Assembly (NCBI GenBank): GCA_032718475.1
Contig: JAUCBJ010006460.1
Coordinates: 1-64,000 of the forward strand
Reading direction: 5' to 3'
Length of the DNA: 64,000 nucleotides
Source of the DNA: Nemertoderma westbladi
Lineage: Eukaryota; Animalia; Xenacoelomorpha
Below, one piece after another: positions 49,215 through 62,607 of this stretch. The position numbers were made by a program, and so were the translations under genes. The notes under the pieces were generated by a model. It worked only from the letters and a program-made list of their open reading frames with translations. It did not search any database and was not told the origin of the DNA. Numbering within the stretch: the stretch's first letter is position 1; every line of letters begins with the position of its first letter.

Positions 49215-52200
49215 ATTTACTGATGTATGGTGCCATGTTACTATAAACTTACTAATGTATGGTGCCATGTTACTGTAACACTTACTAATGTATGGTGCCC
49301 TGTTACTGTAAACTTACGAATGGATGGTGCCATGTTACTGTAACATTTACTAATGTATGGTGCCATGTTACTATAAACTTACTAATGGATGGTGCCATGT
49401 TACTGTAACACTTACTAATGTATGGTGGTGCCCTGTTACTGTAAACTTACGAATGGATGGTGCCATGTTACTGTAACATTTACTAATGTATGGTGCCCTG
49501 TTACTGTAAACTTACGAATGGATGGTGCCATGTTACTGTAACATTTACTAATGTATGGTGCCATGTTACTATAAACTTACTAATGGATGGTGCCATCTTA
49601 CTGTAACATTTACTAATGTATGGTGCCCTGTTACTGTAAACTTACGAATGGATGGTGCCATGTTACTGTAACATTTACTAATGTATGGTGCCATGTTACT
49701 ATAAACTTACTAATGGATGGTGCCATGTTACTGTAACACTTACTAATGTATGGTGGTGCCCTGTTACTGTAAACTTACGAATGGATGGTGCCATGTTACT
49801 GTAACATTTACTAATGTATGGTGGTGCCATGTTACTATAAACTTACTAATGGATGGTGCCATGTTACTGTAACACTTACTAATGTATGGTGGTGCCCTGT
49901 TACTGTAAACTTACGAATGGATGGTGCCATGTTACTGTAACATTTACTAATGTATGGTGGTGCCATGTTACTATAAACTTACTAATGGATGGTGCCATGT
50001 TACTGTAACACTTACTAATGTATGGTGGTGCCCTGTTACTGTAAACTTACGAATGGATGGTGCCATGTTACTGTAACATTTACTAATGTATGGTGCCATG
50101 TTACTATAAACTTACTAATGGATGGTGCAATGTTACTGTAACACTTACTAATGTATGGTGGTGCCCTGTTACTGTAAACTTACGAATGGATGGTGCCATG
50201 TTATTGTAACACTTACTAATGTATGGTGGTGCCCTGTTACTGTAAACTTACGAATGGATGGTGCCATGTTACTATAAACTTACTAATGGATGGTGCAATG
50301 TTACTGTAACACTTACTAATGTATGGTGCCATGTTACTATAAACTTACTAATGGATGGTGCAATGTTACTGTAACACTTACTAATGTATGGTGGTGCCCT
50401 GTTACTGTAAACTTACTAATGTATGGTGCCATGTTACTGCAACACTTACTAATGTATGGTGCCATGTTACTGTAACACTTTCTAAAGTATGGTGCCATGT
50501 TACTGTAACACTTATTGGTGCCATGTTACTGTAACACTTACTAATGTATGGTGCCATGCTACTGTAAAACTTACTTATGTGTTGTGCCGTGTTACTGTAA
50601 CGCTTACTGGTGCCATGTTACTGTAATCTTACTAATGGAAGGTACCATGTTACTGTAACACTTACTAATGTATGGTGCCATGTTACTGTAAACTTACTAA
50701 TGGATGGTGCCATGTTACTGTAACACTTACTAATGTATGATGCCATGTTACTGTAACACTTACTGGTGCCATGTTACTGTAACACTTACTAATGTATGGT
50801 GCCATGTTACTCCAACACTTACTAATGTATGGTGCCATGTTAATGTAACACTTACTAATATATGGTGTGATGTTAATGTAACACTTACTAATGTATGGTG
50901 CGATGTTACTGTAACACTTACTAATGTATGGTGCGATGTTACTGTAACACTTACTAATGTATGGTGCCATGTTACTGTAAACTTACTAATGGATGGTGCC
51001 ATGTTAATGTAACACTTACTAATATATGGTGTGATGTTAATGTAACACTTACTAATGTATGGTGCGATGTTACTGTAACACTTACTAATGTATGGTGCGA
51101 TGTTACTGTAACACTTACTAATGTATGGTGCCATGTTAATATAAACTTACTAATGGATGGTGCCATGTTACTGTAACACTTACTAATGTATGGTGCCATG
51201 TTACTGCAACACTTACTGGTGCCATGTTACTGTAACACTTTAATAATGTATGGTGCTATGTTAAGGTAACACTTACGAATGTATGGTGCCATGTTACTGT
51301 AAACTTACTAATGGATGGTGCCATGCTACTGTAACACTTAATTATGTATTGTGCCATGTTACTGTAACGCTTACTAGTGCCATGTTACTGTAAACTTACT
51401 AATGGATGGTAACATGTTACTGTATCACTTACTGATGGATGGTGCCATGTTACTGTAACATTTAATAATGTATGGTACCATGTTACTGTAACACTTCCTA
51501 ATGTATGGTGCCATGTTACTGTAAACTTACAAATGGATGGTGCCATGTTACTGTACCACTTACTAATGGATGGTGCCATGTTACTGTAACATTTCCTAAT
51601 GTATGGTACCATGATACTGTAACGTTTACAAAAGTATGGTGCCATGTTACTGTAACACTTACTAATGTATGGTGCCATGTTAATGTAACACTTACTGGTG
51701 CCATGTTACTGTAACACTTACTAATGTATGGTCCCATGTTACTGTAACGCTTACTAATGTATGGTGCCATTTTACTGTAACACTTACTAATGTATGGTGC
51801 CTTGTTACTGTAACACTTACTGGTGCCATGTTACTGTAACGCTTACTAATGTATGGTGCATGTTACTGTAACACTTACTAATGTATGGTGCCATGTTATT
51901 GTAACACTTACTGATGCCATATGTTACTGTAAGACTTACTAATGGATGGTGCCATGTTACTGTAACACTTACTAATGGATGGTGCCATGTTACTGTAACA
52001 CTTACTGGTGCCATGTTACTGTAAGACTTACTAATATATGGTGCCATGTTACTGTAACACTTACTAATGGATGGTGCCATGTTACTCCAACACTTACTAA
52101 TGTATGGTGCCATGTTACTGTAACGCATACTAATGTATGGTGCCATGTTACTGTAACACTTACTGGTGCCATGTTACTGTAAGACTTACTAATGGATGGT

Positions 52201-52901
52201 GTCATGTTACTGTAACACTTACTAATGTATGGTGCCATGTTACTGTAACACTTACTGGTGCCATTTTACTGTAAGACTTACTAATGGATGGTGCCATGTT
52301 ACTGTAACACTTACTGGTGCCATGATACTGTACGACTTACTAATGGATGGTGACATGTTACTGTAACACTTACTGGGGCCATATTACTGTAAGACTTACT
52401 AATGTATGGTGCCATGTTACTGTAACACTTACTGGTGCCATGCTACCCTTACAACTTACTAATGTATGGTGCCATGTTACTGTAACACTTACTGGTACCA
52501 TGTTACTGGAAGACTTACTAATGTATGGTGCCATGTTACTGCAAAACTTGCTGGTGTCATGTTACTGCAAAACTTGCTGGTGTCATGTTACTGTAAGTCT
52601 TACTAATGGATGGTGCCATGTTACTGTAACACTTACTGGTGCCATGTTACTGTAAGACTTATTAATATATGGTTCCATGTTACTGTAACACTTACTAATG
52701 GATGGTGCCATGTTACTCCAACACTTACTAATGTATGGTGCCATGTTACTGTAACACTTACTAATGTAAGGTGTAATGTTACTGTAACACTTACTAATGT
52801 ATGGTGCCATGTTACTGTAACACTTAGTGGTGCAATGTTACTGTAAGACTTACTAATGGATGGTGCTATGTTACTGTAACACTTACTAATGTATGGTGCC
52901 A
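49215..52901. repeat. Satellite array, consensus TGGTGCCATGTTACTGTAACACTTACTAATGTA (33 bp; 26, 32 and 36-bp variants)
   Basis: More than 100 tandem units visible directly. Confidence 0.97.
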
Positions 52902-53534
52902 TGTAAGCGGATACAATTCCGCCTCATTACCCTCATAAAATGGGATAGTGGCATTTTCAGCAATATGTTGGAGATACGAGATTAGCAATAATTAATCTCG
53001 TATCACAACCAACATTCGGAGGGGGACAGTACAAACCCCGAAGCCACACACAAAGGAAGGTTAGAGGTCAAACCACCTCAGAGGGGACACAGCTAGCAGT
53101 GGCTAGCAACAGAGGGGAAACACTCCCAGAGAGTGGAAGGGTGAGAAGTAGGTTGTTAGCCAATAAGGGCAAAGGAGAGCATCCACTAGGTAGCAGGCCA
53201 AGGTAGCGTAGGAGTGAAGTAATCATATATTATCTCCTACATACCGGTTTGTCATTCAGTTTACCCAGTTACCAGTTTCAGTGCAGACCGGCTATATTGT
53301 CTTACCGTCACCAAGTGCTGTTATATGCTGTCATCATATATTACCATTACCGGTGTGTCATTAATAACATATTCAGTCATCAACTGTGCTATTATTACAC
53401 ATATATATCGGAACGCAAGGAACATCAAACTCTAAACATTTTTCTCCAACGGCCTGAGCTAAGTTACCTGATATCACCAGCCTACGGTGACACGTACAAA
53501 CATTAACCCGGTCGGGATCCCTGATCCCGTCACA
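52902..53534 (+). repeat. Short-family 5' LTR (633 bp)
   Basis: TGTAAG...GATCCCGTCACA. Ends are defined by homology to the TSD-flanked solo LTR at 61649-62289. Confidence 0.78.
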
Positions 53535-53589
53535 GTAAGACAATACCAACAACCACTAAACTGTGACTGCCAGAAAGTAGCAAAGAGAG

Positions 53590-54515
53590 ATGAGCGATAG
53601 AGAGCCCCGAGAAACAGAGGGAGAGTGGACGCGGCCGCGGACCCCGGACGACACCAACCAAACGATCCGCGAGGCCGCGACGCGACGGTATCGACCTGTG
53701 ACGCCGGATTCCCCGACGAGGGACGATCCGGTACCCCAAGCGGAGGGCGGCCGTCAACCACGAGAGAGGGACGAGTCAACGCACGATGGCGGTCGGAGTA
53801 CCGAAGTCGCCGGCCAGTAACAGGCTGAGGGCGACGGATGGCCCACCGGAATGGCGATGGTGGGGCCGCCGGTACGACGCTGAACTAGGAGAGGAGGAGG
53901 AGATGTCGCCGAAGAGGACATCGGAACGAGCGATTGGCTACGACGGGCCTACAACACCACGAAGAAACTATTGAAGGTGGCCAGAGAGGGGGGAAAGGTA
54001 AACCAGCCTAAGTTACACCAACGGCTAGGTGAGTCGAACAAATATTTTCGGATTCTGCAGGGAGAACTGGCGAGTGAGAGAGCGAGGGGGGTCGCCACCG
54101 AACTATTCGAACTGTGGCGATCCGGGGTTAAGGAGCCTGAAGTAGTGTACGTAGGGCCGTACTTAGTGGATGCCAGGGGAATTAAGTTAGTGGGTTGGGC
54201 GGATCCGCACGAGGGCGAACCCGAGGTTAACCCCGGGGATTCGGTCTCGTCGGTTAGCAAGAAACCCAGAAAACGGGGGAAAGTTACTAGGACAGAGTGG
54301 CGACGGGAGTCTGTCGCGACCGATAAGTCCACTACATCCTCTGCAAAAGCAAGAAGGGTGTTAGAGATAGATCTGGCGTGTCAACTAGACATGGTGGCGC
54401 TAGACCAGAAAGAATTAGAGAGGCAGTTGGATGAGGGAACTGCGTTGTTAGAGAAAGAGAGAGAGTTGGCGAGGGAGTGTAGAGAGAGGGCCGAGAGGGT
54501 GGCGAGGTTGGTAGC
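53590..54515 (+). pseudogene. Gag-like N-terminus of the short-LTR family (truncated, in-frame stop near 53820)
   Basis: Homologous to 29485-30420; ATG about 55 nt after the LTR. Confidence 0.6.
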
Positions 54516-55044
54516 GTGGGTAGGAAATACGTGTAGGAATATGAATCATTGGGTTGTGCATAATAATAATAATCAATAATTATAATAAAAACCTTACAGT
54601 ATAATAGCAATGTTACGCATCAATATGGCACAGATGCGGTAGGGTTAGGTTGAGTAACTATGAAAATGTGACAACGTGTATGTGTACGCATAGCAGGATT
54701 TCAAGTCTCATATAACACTCACACTGGTGTTGGTTGGTAACAGCAGTCGAGTAACGGGGTAAATCGATGAGTTGGCAATGAATATAATAGCATAGCGCGG
54801 TATATGCGTGTGTGTGGGAGAGGTCCACGACTGACTATCGTAAAGATGAGGGAATACTATATTAGTTCGACATCGTCGCCGTCGTTGTTGTCATGGTAGC
54901 GAGGCGAAAGGGAGAGTAACCGGGGCTAGGCATGCATCGCGAGGTTAGGCTACGCGTAGTTGAATATTGATCATTGGTTGATGCAACGATGCGAATCAAT
55001 GGTGGTGGCAGATGGTCATTAAAATCTGTCAAAATTGTGGATTT

Positions 55045-57121
55045 CTAGTTTGGTATGGTAGCCTACCTTCGCCGAGAGGTGAGTCAGGATAAATTTGAGA
55101 CGGCCTTTGTGACTTCTAGATCAAAGACAATGCCGGTCAAATACATGACTGTCCCTCGTGCAGAGTTGCAGGCAGCAGTAGTATCGGTTGAGGTAAGTAA
55201 ACAAATAATAGAGGAGTTAGACACAACCTTAACATTATTCTATTGGATGGACGCATCTTTAGTGCTAGTGTATATTGCAGCTGACAATATTGCACTAAAG
55301 ACATTTGTAGGCAACAGACGTGATACCAAACCCAAGGGTTTGATTGGCCATTGATGAACATTGGCCAGAGCGACTGAAGATTGTTACCAATCCGATGCCG
55401 ATAGACGTAGAGGTCAAGTTGGATAAGGTTTCCAAGTCTAAGTCGAAAGCCAAACAAGAATCATTGGAGCGGCCTGAAGAATCATTGGAGCGGCCTGAAG
55501 AATCACTGGAGCGGCCTGAAGAATCATTGACGCGACCTGAAGAATCATTGGAGTGGCCCGGAGACTTGTCGGACCAAGAGACATATGTGACTACAAGGTC
55601 AGAAGGGTAAGTTATGACATAAAACCACCCTTACCGACTGCGCCAGGGTCACAGTTTGTAAGTGACGGACAGCAAATAGCCACCAAGATGGAGCCTTCGG
55701 TTTCCAAATCTGCGGGTTTGGATTCGAAGATTCCATTGGCTAGTGCGCAACCGTCACCAGCATTAGAGCCACGTAGTATTTATGACAAATTGTTAAACTT
55801 ATCCACCTCTTGGCTGACAATTTGTAAAAGAACTGCATGGTTGAGCCGATATGTTTCGTTTCTTTGTTTAAAATATACAAAACATTTAGGAGATCAAACA
55901 AGCACCAATAGTGAGCGAATTCGGAGGTTGAAACAACCCCTGACAGGGGCTGAGATCGATCAAGCAGAATTAAAACATTTGATACATTATCAAATGTGTG
56001 CCTTCTCAAAAGAATTCTATCTGTTATCGGCTGAACGACCAGTTCTTCATAAACCCCTCAAAAATGGAGTCCATTAATACATAAGGGTTTGATTTGTCAT
56101 AGATCAAGAATCCAGACTGTCGACATAAACTCACAGTTTAGGCTTCCCAGTTATAATCCCTAGTCACCCAATAGAATTGTAAAGAGTGATTCTATGGGAT
56201 ATACAATATATAAGAGGTTACATCACGCGGGAAGGTTACACTGCTTGTCGGCAGCGAGACAGCGATTTTTTATGTTGCAGCCAAGCAAGGCAGTAGGTGC
56301 AATGTACGACGCCTGTCTGGTTTGCAAGAGAGTAAACGCTAGAGTATTGGAACAGGAAATGGCTCAACTCCGAAAGGCGAGAGTACAGGCATATGATCCA
56401 CCCTTCACAAACACGGGAGTGGATTGTTTTGGCCCGAATGAGGCAAAGAGTGGGCGACTGACCCACAAGAGGTGGGGCCAGAAAGTACCTGGAGAGGGGG
56501 AAGTTGGGAGCATCTTGTTCGCTCCATAAAACAGGCATTGGCTAAAACAATGCCTGTGAATAAACAACTGACAGACGATGAGTTGGTAACAGCTTTCTTT
56601 GAAATCGAGCATACCTTAAACTAGAGGCCGATAGCTATGTTACCCGACAGTGTTACGTTGACACCAAATCATCTGCTCATGCAGAGTCCGGCATTTCTTG
56701 TACCAGCATCAGAGCCCATTAGTAGCGACTTATATAGTTGGAAAAGCTGGAAGATAACCCAGTTTATAGCGTACACATTCTGGGAATATTGGCGGGAATA
56801 TTACCTTCCTACAATATCCACCAGATCAAAGTGGCACAGAACAGTTCGGAGCCTCCAAAAGGGAGACTACACTATATAACCGAACCAATAGTGAAGAGAA
56901 AATACTGGGAAACCGGCATAATCTTGCACATACACCCGGATGTACAGAATGTAGTACGCACTCTCACAGTTAAAATAAGGTGCAAGTGTCCAAACAAGAA
57001 AAAGTGTAAAACCAAGGGTTTACACACCTTGGACAGACCGGTCCAGGATATTGTGTTATTAGAGGAAACACGCATCGAGACAGGAGACTATAATTTGTCT
57101 TCTGCCTCGAAACAAAATTAG
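55045..57121 (+). pseudogene. BEL/Pao pol fragment (RNase H, tether with ESLERPE x5, integrase with an internal deletion)
   Basis: GMVAYLR, TVPRAELQAAV, FYWMDAS, TFVGNR; PPFTNTGVDCFGP; same C-terminus as 14306-15481. Confidence 0.88.
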
Positions 57122-57889
57122 TGTCAGAACGCAAATTCACTTCGTATGCATTCCTCGTATGCAAATACTCGGAAATGCATAGGAGCGGGTTTGTGTTGAA
57201 TTGTGTTGAGAATTTTTCTGGTGGGTATCAAAACAAAAATTAAAATTTTTTCATAAAGTTTGGAAAATTAAAATTTTAAAATTTACAAGTGAACCCAAGA
57301 CAATTCCAAACGCTAAAATAGACGCGTTCAAGGACCTGTCTATAAGTATACAGTAATTTGAAAGTCGTGAAAGCCTGGAAGATAGTATCTAGACACCATG
57401 GTTACGGCTAATATATGTAGAAGTGTAAATTGAGTTCAGTAGCTTCCACAGATTGGTGCCAACAGTACAACAACCAAGGAGCTAAAGGTTAGTAGCGCCA
57501 GGGGCGTACACAGACCCCACTCAGTACTTCGCAGTGGAGAGAGGTGTTCGATAATGCGGGTTTGGTATAGTCGAGCACCCCAGTTAATGTCCGTTCTAAC
57601 TACTGTAGTCTAGTACAAGTATTGGAGAGTAGTTTGGGCATCAAAAATTGAGTCAGTAACGGCCAGTTTACCTCCGAAGTTTTACGCTATGCATGGGAAT
57701 AGGTTAGAAGGTAGTTTAAGAATGAGACGATATCTAGAAAGCCGAACCTGAACTGCTGGAAGGTAGCTCAGGATTTCGATCCCTCCGTACTATCTAACTG
57801 ATCCACCCACAGTGTAACTAGCTTATGTAATGGATTATTTGGATAAATATATATATACATATAATATATGCGTAAAGGAATGAGTAATA

Positions 57890-60800
57890 ATGACGAGTAA
57901 AGATATCACTGCAGAACCGAGGAGAGGTTGGACCGCTAAAGAGGAAGCGGGCTTACTGTTTGCCCGTCATGGTTGTAAGGATTCAAATGTGTATTACCAC
58001 GGACGATCCGTGATAGATTTGAATACTAACTTAAAATTGAATTATCATAAAGGATTAAGGAGGGAAAGAATGATGGCGTTGGAGGACCGAATGGAGGTGT
58101 TGCGTCGAGAATACCGAACCAAATTCCCCTACGACTTCGCCATTGATGTGAGCGATGTAAGTGCAGATCCCAACGAGGAGATAGTGCGACTATACCATAT
58201 GAATATGTATTTATCGCACGACAAACCTCTACCTGCCGTTAGAGATCAATTTGACGGAATGCATCTTTACCAAAGAACCCGAGGCGAAGATGAGGAGACG
58301 CCAAGGGTTTTCAGCATATATAAGTTGTTCTACAAATGCAGCGAATGTATGAATAAACAAGATGCATCCATCCCAGATTGTCTAAACGAGCTGAATCCCG
58401 AACCAGTATTAACGTGGTGCAAGGCTCACCAGTTTCTTAGGAACAACGAAGGAGGTTACCCAATGAGTAATCCGATGATCAGCATTGATTTTAGCGGAAA
58501 GAAACCTCCGAGACCTGTTACGCCGACCGTTACGACTTTGGATCCGTACACGGAGATTAAACTTCGTACGACTCCTGCTTTGATAGAAATGGCAGTGGCC
58601 ATTTCGGTCTACCGAGCATATAAAGACCTGAAGGCGTGGCTCGAAGCAACACGGGACTCGAGCACCAAACCCGCGGGTTTGCAACTCTCGAGTCCCTGGT
58701 CCACAATCACTTTGCCACATCTGGAAAATAAGCTCATGCCTGAGCACCAGGACGAGATAGACATGTTGCGACAGGAAGAGCGAGCGGCAAAGGCGAAACA
58801 ACTATTCATAGAACGCATAGCTGAGTATAATAAGACTGTGGATAAACACCAGGAAGAGATGAGAAGAGTTACTGGATTTGTTTCACAGGCTGTATCTCAA
58901 CCTAGACCAGTGTATTATTCCAGTGATAACAAAGCTGCGATATTGGTAGATCATCCAGAGGCGCGAGAAGCTATTCGATTCTTGCCGATGGTGACGTTGG
59001 CGGATAATGGGAACGTCGACTGCTTGAGGGAAGCCTTATGCGCGAAGTTCCGATGCAGATAACGGACTACGACACATTGGATAAGATTGGAGCTCCGGGG
59101 AATTATTTGGTTGGCTAGACAAATACATAAAGGTATGGGTCGCGGTGGCTACGTTCCCAGACTACGAGGATGTAGACCAGGCGTGGTTGAGGAGGAAGGG
59201 TTCCTATACCCAATACGACGACCCCAAGGCTATTGAGCACATGTGGACCCCATCTGACGAGATACAGCGTCAATGGAGGAAGACGGAGGAATCTTTGGAG
59301 GATTGGCGCCTGATGTTTTACGACAACGAGGGAGGGTCTCATCAGGAATGCTTGACCAGCAAATGTATTCAAGTTTGAGGGGCCGATGGCATGACCCACT
59401 TGTTTATACGCGTGAGGGCGGACCAGGATAGACCAGAGCCCATTATAATGATGCAATATAGGCACGGGAAGGATCCCCAATAGCAAATCTTAGAGGTATG
59501 TAGATGAGGGGGTATGCATGGAGTGGAGCGGATTGACGCTAGGATGTTACCCAAGAAGGTTATGGAGGTCAACCTTAACCAAGAATATGTCAAGGTGGGA
59601 TCAGGTGTCCAGAGTGATCTAGAGAGTGAATTCAACGCTATGGCAGACCTGGAGGATCAATTGCCAAGACCATTCGTTGACACTAAACTATTATTGCTAT
59701 GGGCGCAGGACATTGGGATTTATAGGGAGTACCCCAATTCTGTTGAGACTGGTATGGGTTTTATAGAGCACCTATTATATAATTGGGACTTCAAGTTATA
59801 GATGCAAAAGAAATACGAGGAGGCGTACGGTGAATATAACAACGCGCCGGGAGCTGAATTCAAATCCCATTGAAGCGGCAAGCGTTGGTATATTGGAACA
59901 TCTGCGCACCACCCCGTGCTTCATTGCAATATTATTTGGTGTTGCAGTCAAACACGGTAACTTGCCTAATTATGGACATAGTCGCGAGAGTTTTGAAGCG
60001 CCATCCGTTGGTATTTGGAGGAAAACAATACATCAGATCGAAGGGGGGAATTCAGTCTGACGTGATGAAGCGTTTCTTAACCCCATTCTTCAACCAATCG
60101 TTGGATAATACATCGATGGTCAGAAGGGGATTGGTGATATTTGAAGGAGTATACCGACAGAACATTGGAGACTTGGGAGATCGACCTTCCATGGAGTATC
60201 CGATGCCAGAGGCATTGGAGAAGTGGTTCGGGAACCAAACCCGCGGATTTGGTACTCCCGTCCACTTGGATGCAGACAGACCCGTTATAGAGAGGAAGGG
60301 AGAGGGTTGGCCTGAGACGTTAGTAGAGGTGTTCGGAATGGATCTTCCGGTGGAGAAGACATATCCTAAACGGACGCGAGAGGAAATATTAGAGATCGAA
60401 AACAAAGGCGATGATGTTTACTTTGTTCCAGATCAGCAACCCTTAACCATAGAAGATTACATTGTTCTAGATATTGGGAAGGAAGGAAGCGCGAAACCAA
60501 TTGGAGACCTCATATATGAGAGGGCTTGGTTCCCGCAAGCACATAGATATAAGTTGTGCGGTAGCACAAGACACAGTCAGAAGACGTGTGACGCTGTGGT
60601 AGAAGCAGTACACAAGGTTTGCCGTTGGTGTAATCAGACTGACCATTCATTCTATACCTGTACCGTCTTCATTTCTCAGTGTGGATATTGTGGGGTGAAG
60701 GGACACCGTAGTTCGAAGAGTCAGCTTCGTGACGACGCCTTTCAGAACCATAGCGCTAACTTACTTTGAGAGATGTTAGATAAGTGGGAAGACGCGGCGG

Positions 60801-61599
60801 ATTACTATATTCAGGGCCAGATGAGGTGGCTGCCGTTTAAGGCGGGCTATGGATTCTGGATGGTGGATCCTTCACATGTGGCGTACGAGCCCTACCTACA
60901 ATCGCTACCCCAGTACCAAGAATTAATGTTAACTGCGCAAGACCTTCCACGGAACACTGGAGTTGTGACTCCGGACTCCTGGTGATACTTCAGACAACTT
61001 AATATGGAAAATAAATATACTTGGATCTTTATTGCTATTTGTGACAAGATCAGAAATGGGATAATCTCTAAAACAAGGAAAGTGGTGCGCGCGCGGGGCG
61101 ATTGGAGGATGGCGGCCATCCAATACAGGAACGAATTTCTGTTGACCCACATTCGTTATTAGGGTCATTGACCGCCAAATGGATACCGGAGCAGTGGGCT
61201 AACGCGCCCACTGCAACGACAGTTGGAGCTCATAGCTCACGGCAAGGAGCTGATGGAGTGATCCTCAGTAAACGCCAAGTGAATGACGCTCAATACCACA
61301 AAATCACCGATGCTCAGCGGCTGCAACGCAAAGCGCAGAGGACATCCGAAAGGGCGCGCATTCAATTACAGAAGGAGGAGTTGGCAGAGGCGCCCGCAGC
61401 GACGCGGCAAATGGGGCGAGGCCGAGGAAGGAGCGTCAGTCGAGAACTAGTTAGCACTCAGGGATCATCCTCATCACCGGTCCCAGGAAGCGACGCCTCA
61501 AGAACGCCATCATTGGAATCTACTGGGGGCAGACTAGTGTATCTGGGAAGGGGACTAAAGAGAGAAGCGAGCCCGAGAGACCCAGGAGCCAGCCAGTGA
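57890..61599 (+). pseudogene. Family A accessory exonuclease plus CCHC knuckle ORF, copy 2 (stops and frameshifts)
   Basis: Close homolog of 9833-13538 from ATG to stop: FYDNEGGSH, VKVGSGVQSD, CRWCNQTDHSFYTC. Confidence 0.85.
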
Positions 61600-61648
61600 T
61601 GCTACATAACATCAAGGAGCGACAAACTATAAATATATACATCATCGT

Positions 61649-62289
61649 TGTGATGGGATCGACGGATCAATCCCGACCGGAGTAGTTGTTTCGTACGCGT
61701 CGTCAAGCTGGTATAGGATGTTATAGGATGAGCTGATATCGAAAATGGATATTGCCTTTCGCCGTGATGTATAATAATATAAGAGTTAATGTGTGATAGC
61801 GTAAGAGTTGTATAATAGCACAAGGTTGAATAGGTTGAATACACTGAATAATGATGACACACCAGTGACAACGGTAAAACAATGTCCTCCTTCTGCACTG
61901 AGACCGGTAACTGACTAACTAAACTGAATATACTGGCACGTGGGTAGTTAATATATATAACACACCAGTATAGCTGTGTCCTACATTACTATAGCCCTTA
62001 CTTAGCGGATGCAGTTTCCTTGTCCCCTATTGGTTGTTATCCCACTTCTCGCCTCCACCTCTGTGGGAGTGCTTCCCCCCCCCCCCCCCCCGCTACTGTT
62101 ACTTTCCCTCTCCCAAGAGGTTTAACCTCTGACCTCCTTTGTGTGTGGCTCTTTGGGGCCGTGTGTTGTCCCCATTATTGGGGGTGATACGAGGTTGATT
62201 GTAATCAACCTCGTACTCCCCAATATTGCTTAAAGGCGCCACTTCCCAACTTTATGGGGGTTGGTGAGGCGGAATTGAATCCACTCACA
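61649..62289 (-). mobile_element. Solo LTR of the short-LTR family (641 bp)
   Basis: TGTGA...TCACA with 5-bp TSD ATCGT (61644-61648 and 62290-62294). The empty site is visible in family A copy 1 near 9790. Confidence 0.9.
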
Positions 62290-62607
62290 ATCGTCGCTCT
62301 GATGTATATTGTAGGCTTTAATTATATATCCGACTGGACTCATATACACACATAATCGTATTTGTTCTAAAATTTATTGAAGGATGAAAGCGGATGGAGG
62401 CGAAGGAGGTGATTGGAGAGACAAACCTGCGGGTTTGGCTTACTCCTTTCACCTACCCAAGCGATCACCAATTGAAGGGTGATTGCGTTTATTATACATT
62501 AAGTAAAGTGTCCGAAATGAAAGAAATTATTACGTAATTTTATATTTAGTTGATTATCGGCCTTTACAATAATTACATTAATATTTAGTTAACCGAATTA
62601 GCCTTAA

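Larger units (their letters stand above)
55045..62603 (+). mobile_element. BEL/Pao family A, copy 2 (RNase H to 3' UTR), more decayed
   Basis: Colinear with the reverse complement of 9600-15683, including integrase, spacer, accessory ORF and 3' UTR. Confidence 0.88.

Noticed and set aside
49215-52901. CRISPR array or MAPYISKC-repeat proteins
   Set aside because: No unique spacers and no cas genes; the ORFs are translations of a 33-bp tandem repeat.
52902-62289. One element bounded by inverted LTRs (DIRS-like), or the short LTR as the family A 5' LTR
   Set aside because: The right LTR has its own ATCGT TSD and an empty site in copy 1. Unrelated sequence (54515-55045) separates the Gag fragment from pol, and family A appears to end in a different 2-kb LTR.
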